NCBI GenBank assembly: GCA_034530875.2
Contig: JAVRCJ020000004.1
Location: forward strand, 32,001-96,000
From: Nostoc sp. DedSLP01
Lineage (GTDB): Bacteria > Cyanobacteriota > Cyanobacteriia > Cyanobacteriales > Nostocaceae
Direction of reading: 5' to 3'
DNA: 64,000 bases
A program made the translations under genes and the position numbers. This document shows, in pieces, positions 61,210 to 64,000 of the stretch (position 1 is its first letter; the number at the start of each line of letters is the position of its first letter). The notes under the pieces are model-generated. The model saw nothing but the letters and a program-made list of their open reading frames with translations, did not search any database and was not told the origin of the DNA.

Positions 61210-61380
61210 ATGACACAACCACAACCAACAATTACACCTAAATTAGATCAGCCTAAGTTTGGATTTAACGAATATGCCGAACGCTTAAACGGTCGGGCTG
61301 CAATGATTGGCTTCGCTTTGATGTTAGCGATCGAATACGTCACCAATCAAGGCGTACTCTCATGGCTGGGTCTGAAATAA
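61210..61380 (+). CDS. High-light-inducible protein (HLIP/SCP), 56 aa, absent from the ORF track
   Basis: MTQPQPTITPKLDQPKFGFNEYAERLNGRAAMIGFALMLAIEYVTNQGVLSWLGLK with ExxNGRxAM motif; AAGAGG RBS. Confidence 0.93.
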   Translation: MTQPQPTITPKLDQPKFGFNEYAERLNGRAAMIGFALMLAIEYVTNQGVLSWLGLK

Positions 61381-61746
61381 TACCAGCAACAAGCACGCAG
61401 ATTGTAAGCTACTATTTAGAAGAGTTTCAACCAGCTGGAACAACCAGTTGGTTTTGACTTTAGCAATAGATAGTGCAGTACTTCGCCCTCAACACTTTCA
61501 TTAGATTTAGTTATAAATTATTTCTGTAAAATATAGCCAAGAGAGGAATAAAAATACGTATTAGCGATTAGAATATCCGAAACTTGCAATTATGGAGATG
61601 TAATAAGGTTAATAACTACACTTCCTCCCCTACTAAAGAAAGTCATAATTAAATTAGTTTATGCCTTGAATGACAAAGGCAAAATTTGGGTGAGGTATTC
61701 TTAGGTCAAGAAGATATACAAAAGGTTAATTGGAACCAACTAAGCT

Positions 61747-62043
61747 GTGATGAATGCTGTATTACCTCGTTTTTTGAAGTCAACCTACCGGAAAGAACCA
61801 CTGATCGCTATATTGATTACGATGGGTCTGGTAGATGCCCTAATCGGCGGATTGGATGATAGCTGGTCGTTGTTTGCTTTTGGTTTGGGAACAGCAGGGA
61901 TAGCACTAGGCTTAAAGCTGTGGCGTATCCAGCAGCGTCGTCCCATACCAGAGGAACCTATAGTACAACATTACCTGCCTTCTCGTTCTTCTAACGCGCC
62001 TTTACCAATGTTAAGCGTTTCCAAGAAAAAACCACCTCTTTAA
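61747..62043 (+). CDS. Conserved hypothetical small membrane protein
   Basis: YRKEP, two TM segments, Pro-rich tail. Confidence 0.75.
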   Translation: MMNAVLPRFLKSTYRKEPLIAILITMGLVDALIGGLDDSWSLFAFGLGTAGIALGLKLWRIQQRRPIPEEPIVQHYLPSRSSNAPLPMLSVSKKKPPL

Positions 62044-62069
62044 AGAGTGCTGAGTAGAGAGGTGATTAA

Positions 62070-62263
62070 CATTAGTGTCAACTTAACATCAAAGCGAAGT
62101 CTGATAAGCATTTCAAAATTTTTCGATCTAGTACCTAGATTTTCGATCCCCCCTAACCCCCCTTGAAAAGGGGGGAACTAGAATCGGATGCCCCCTTTGT
62201 AAGGGGGTTGGGGGATCTAAAACCACGGTAGATTGAGTGTTTGAGCTTAAGTTGACACTAATG
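62070..62263. mobile_element. MITE with perfect 17-bp TIRs carrying REP-like palindromes
   Basis: CATTAGTGTCAACTTAA / TTAAGTTGACACTAATG. Confidence 0.75.
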
Positions 62264-62375
62264 CGCAATTAATTGCGTCTGTACAAGAGTTATGAGTTAT
62301 AACTAGTAATTCATAACTCTAGAAAATTTATTTCTATATGTTTTTTTATACCTACTCAAAAAGTGAGGCAAAAGA

Positions 62376-63443
62376 GTGAGGAGTCAGGGAAGAGGTAGGG
62401 GTAACTTTCGTCGTCTGTATATTATCCTGACATTTATGGCAGTCGTTGCCCTTCCAGTAGTTACCTGGGAAGGGTTTTATAGTAATCAGGCGAATGCTGT
62501 CATTGAATTCGCACCAAACTCCGAAACTACGAATAAATTTGCGAATTTTCAGGTACTCTACACCCTCAAAGGACACACCGGAACCGTTAAATCCCTAGCC
62601 TTCAGTCCAGATAATAGAGTACTTGTCAGTGGAGGTGCAGAAAACGAGGGTATAATTCGCCTGTGGAATCCAGCAAACGGCAGAAAGTTGGGGAATATTA
62701 GCAAAGCACACAAAAGCTCTGTAGAATCTTTAGTAATTTCACCAGATGGTCAAACCCTCGCCAGTTGTAGTAATGACAACACGATTAACCTCTGGAATCT
62801 GAAAAATTTTAAATTTACTCGCTCTTTTGTCGGACATACCAGTAACGTATTATCTTTAGCGATCTCTCCTGATAGTAAAGTTTTAATTAGTGGTGCCTTG
62901 GATGGAATTCGCTTGTGGGATTTACTACAGCAACGCCCGCTTGGGGCTTTAGTACGCTTTAATAATTTGATTTACACTGTGGCTATTAGTCCTGATGGGC
63001 AAACCCTGGCTAGTGGCGACAATAAAGGTAGGATCAAGCTGTGGAATTTAAGTACTGGTAAATTAATCAGCGAATCAGTAGCTCATACTAATGCTGTTAC
63101 TGCTGTCACCTTTACACCGAACGGAGAAACATTAATTAGTGCTAGCCGCGATCGCACCATTAAAGTGTGGAATGTTAATACTGGAGAATTACTCCGCACT
63201 CTTACAGGACATAATAACTGGGTAAATGCGATCGCCATTAATCCAGACGGACAAACCCTTGCAAGTGCTGGCAGAGATGGTATTAAATTGTGGAATATCG
63301 CTTCAGGTGAGTTGATAAATACGCTCATCGGACATAAAGACTGGGTAAGTGCGATCGCTTTTAATCCAACTGGAAAAATACTAGCCAGTGGTGGATTTGA
63401 CGGAAAAATCAAGATTTGGGGAATTCCAGTAAAACGCAAGTAG
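62376..63443 (+). CDS. WD40 repeat protein with N-terminal membrane/signal segment
   Basis: Seven GH...W(N/D) repeats. Confidence 0.92.
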   Translation: MRSQGRGRGNFRRLYIILTFMAVVALPVVTWEGFYSNQANAVIEFAPNSETTNKFANFQVLYTLKGHTGTVKSLAFSPDNRVLVSGGAENEGIIRLWNPANGRKLGNISKAHKSSVESLVISPDGQTLASCSNDNTINLWNLKNFKFTRSFVGHTSNVLSLAISPDSKVLISGALDGIRLWDLLQQRPLGALVRFNNLIYTVAISPDGQTLASGDNKGRIKLWNLSTGKLISESVAHTNAVTAVTFTPNGETLISASRDRTIKVWNVNTGELLRTLTGHNNWVNAIAINPDGQTLASAGRDGIKLWNIASGELINTLIGHKDWVSAIAFNPTGKILASGGFDGKIKIWGIPVKRK

Positions 63444-63573
63444 CTTAAGAAGGCAGAAGGACGAAGGCAGGAGGCAGGAGGTAATCCCCACAAATAAATT
63501 TAGGGGATTTAATAAGGACACAGTATTTCTGTCTTAGGCAACGGGAAAATTCCATAATTCAAATGAGTGAGTA

Positions 63574-63755
63574 ATATCAAGTTTGGATGATTAGTTATCA
63601 TTGCATTTGTCGCATTACCCCTCCCCAACCCTGACGCCACTTGCTTCAAGTCGGCAGAGCCGCCCAACGCAGTGGCTCCCCTTGGCAAGGGGAGGGTGCG
63701 CGGTAGCGCGGGTGGGGTGTTTCGGGATTTATAAGTGATTAAGCGAACTTGATAT
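63574..63755. mobile_element. MITE containing a REP-like element that itself holds a 45-nt element
   Basis: TIRs ATATCAAGTT.. / ..AACTTGATAT; ACCCCTCCCCAACCCT..CCCCTTGGCAAGGGGAGGGT interrupted at 63634-63678. Confidence 0.7.
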
Positions 63756-64000
63756 AAATGCTACCTTTGCACCTTGCATCCGAAAGCAACTGACAAAGAT
63801 TTATCTCAGGAGGCATTGAAACTTTGTGGTTCGCACTATCTAGTTTCAGAAATTTTCTTTTTGCAGAGATAAATAATAGTGCTTTCAACCCAATATTTGC
63901 TCGGGTTTCAAGTAATCTAAAGATTACTAAATATCCCCCAAGATTTTGAGTCTACTTCAGTAGACTCGATCTATTAGCCAGAGAATTTATTCTCTGGCGG

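Noticed and set aside
722..63493. Many short antisense or overlapping ORFs inside long genes (e.g. 18804-19160, 27077-27565, 45785-46249, 63083-63493)
   Set aside because: Shadow frames of well-supported CDSs
1..64000. Abundant GCGATCGC octamers and heptamer tracts (AATTACG, TCATTAG) as a novel signal
   Set aside because: Well-known cyanobacterial HIP1 and STRR sequences

Overview
This is a chromosomal window from a heterocyst-forming (Nostocales-like) cyanobacterium, judged from the many HIP1 octamers (GCGATCGC), heptameric STRR tracts and a hormogonium polysaccharide (hpsL/N/O/P-like) cluster. Most genes are housekeeping or envelope genes: wecB, aspC, a GH31 glucosidase, an ABC transporter, an ABC1 kinase, manC, an LCP protein, mutS2, a 1-Cys peroxiredoxin, glmM, ho1, pirA, ald and a HLIP. 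The accessory content includes two AAA_35/STAND NTPase genes flanking an orphan gene, an IS982, a decayed Ada and a truncated VapC toxin. It also includes a protein with tandem Tudor/chromo-barrel domains, a kinase-DOMON-Zn ribbon-HD-nuclease-like gene run, and a cas-less 26-repeat CRISPR array (type I-D-like repeat) whose oldest repeat is split by a MITE. The most striking unexplained structure is a family of ~45-nt hairpin elements with compensatory base changes. They insert in frame into genes (IS982 transposase, manC) and nest inside each other and inside MITE/REP elements. All calls come from reading the sequence and recalling family motifs; no searches were run.
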